Shown piece by piece: positions 63,278-64,000 of a stretch of DNA of 64,000 nt. The notes under the pieces were generated by a model that searched no databases, had not been told where the DNA came from, and saw nothing but the letters and a program-made list of their open reading frames with translations. The DNA lies in assembly GCA_038230095.1 (NCBI GenBank), contig JBBRNT010000001.1:112848-176847 (forward strand). Direction: 5' to 3'. This DNA is from Candidatus Saccharimonadia bacterium (GTDB lineage: Bacteria > Patescibacteriota > Saccharimonadia > UBA4664 > JBBRNT01). How positions within the stretch are numbered: position 1 is the stretch's first letter; each line of letters starts with the position of its first letter. Made by a program: the position numbers and the translations under genes.

Positions 63278-64000
63278 CTAGGCAGCAGCTGTGGCAAGAG
63301 CCTTGTGGTTCTGGACCATGAGGATGCTGAGGTCAGCTGGCGTAACCCCCTGAATGCGGCTAGCCTGGCCCATGGTGGTGGGTGCTACTTCGCTGAGGCG
63401 GATCCGGGCCTCATTGCGCAGGCTCGCCATGGTGGCGTAGTTGAGGCTTGTGGCGATAGGCTGGTGCTCCAGGTCACGGAGCTTCTCGGCGAACCGTAGT
63501 TGCTTGTCGAAGTAGCCAGAGTACTTGGCAGTAAGCTCTATCTGCTCATCTAGCTCAGTGCCGTAGTCGTCCAGCTCGTAGAGTGTACGCGTGTCGGCCA
63601 ATGATACCTCTGGGCGGGACAGGTATTTCCAGGCCGTGGTACGCTCATTATTAACGTGAAGAGTGGCCGATTTTAGCTGAGTACTAATATTGTTCAATGC
63701 CTGAATTTTGGCTTCTACACGGGATAATTCACTAGCTGGGAGTAATCCAATACGGGCACCAAGTGGTGATAAACGGAGATCGGCATTGTCGTTGCGAAGG
63801 AGCAGGCGATACTCCGATCGGGACGTGAACATACGGTAAGGCTCTACATGAACCTTGGTAACAAGGTCGTCGATGAGCACGCCAATGTAGGCCTGGTCAC
63901 GGCCGAGGATAATCGGCTCTAGGAGCTGAGTAGCGCGAGCAGCATTAATACCGGCCATAAGCCCCTGGGCAGCGGCCTCTTCGTACCCGGTGGTGCCATT
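63278..64000 (-). CDS. mnmG: tRNA uridine 5-carboxymethylaminomethyl modification enzyme, 3' part
   Basis: NGTTGYEEAAAQGLMAGINAA, YIGVLIDDLVTK..EPYRMFTSR.EYRL.LR.DNAD.RL, GQASRI.GVTPAD; runs off the window end. Confidence 0.95.
   Translation of the reverse strand, partial: NGTTGYEEAAAQGLMAGINAARATQLLEPIILGRDQAYIGVLIDDLVTKVHVEPYRMFTSRSEYRLLLRNDNADLRLSPLGARIGLLPASELSRVEAKIQALNNISTQLKSATLHVNNERTTAWKYLSRPEVSLADTRTLYELDDYGTELDEQIELTAKYSGYFDKQLRFAEKLRDLEHQPIATSLNYATMASLRNEARIRLSEVAPTTMGQASRIQGVTPADLSILMVQNHKALATAAA

Noticed and set aside
479-63499. Numerous antisense and shadow ORFs of 60-180 aa
   Set aside because: They overlap well-supported genes and are expected from codon bias at this GC content.

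Overview
Core-genome segment of a small-genome bacterium, most consistent with Patescibacteria (CPR), probably Saccharibacteria-like. This is inferred from the pilM-N-O-P-B-T-C-pilin-pilD-minor pilin order, the RGDT-type minor pilin, a degenerate DHH protein, and rpsF-ssb-rpsR running into efp with no rplI. Housekeeping genes: dnaG-rpoD, polA, mutM, holA, rpsT, truB, rpsO-pnp, udg, rnj, murB, ftsK, rodZ-like, yajQ, recA-recX, rpsF-ssb-rpsR, efp, tlyA, ychF, lnt, a type IV pilus cluster, a Xer recombinase, an O-antigen-ligase/TPR protein and the 3' part of mnmG. The most notable unexplained signal is the 2.5-kb rpoD-polA interval. It holds two tandem, ORF-poor, densely hairpinned units (~460 and ~635 nt), each with a sigma70-type promoter and a related GC-rich terminal hairpin, which look like large non-coding RNAs. 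They are followed by two orphan genes, one a small winged-helix-like protein with structured 5' and 3' flanks. Other patterns: a -10 hexamer 6-7 nt before the ATG of about 16 genes (apparently pervasive leaderless mRNAs); scattered stand-alone SD-led orphan units with different codon style and related hairpins; and two homologous ~120-nt rod hairpins with a compensatory change flanking rpsR. I found no rRNA, tRNA, CRISPR array or transposase. All assignments are by eye; no searches or folding programs were run.
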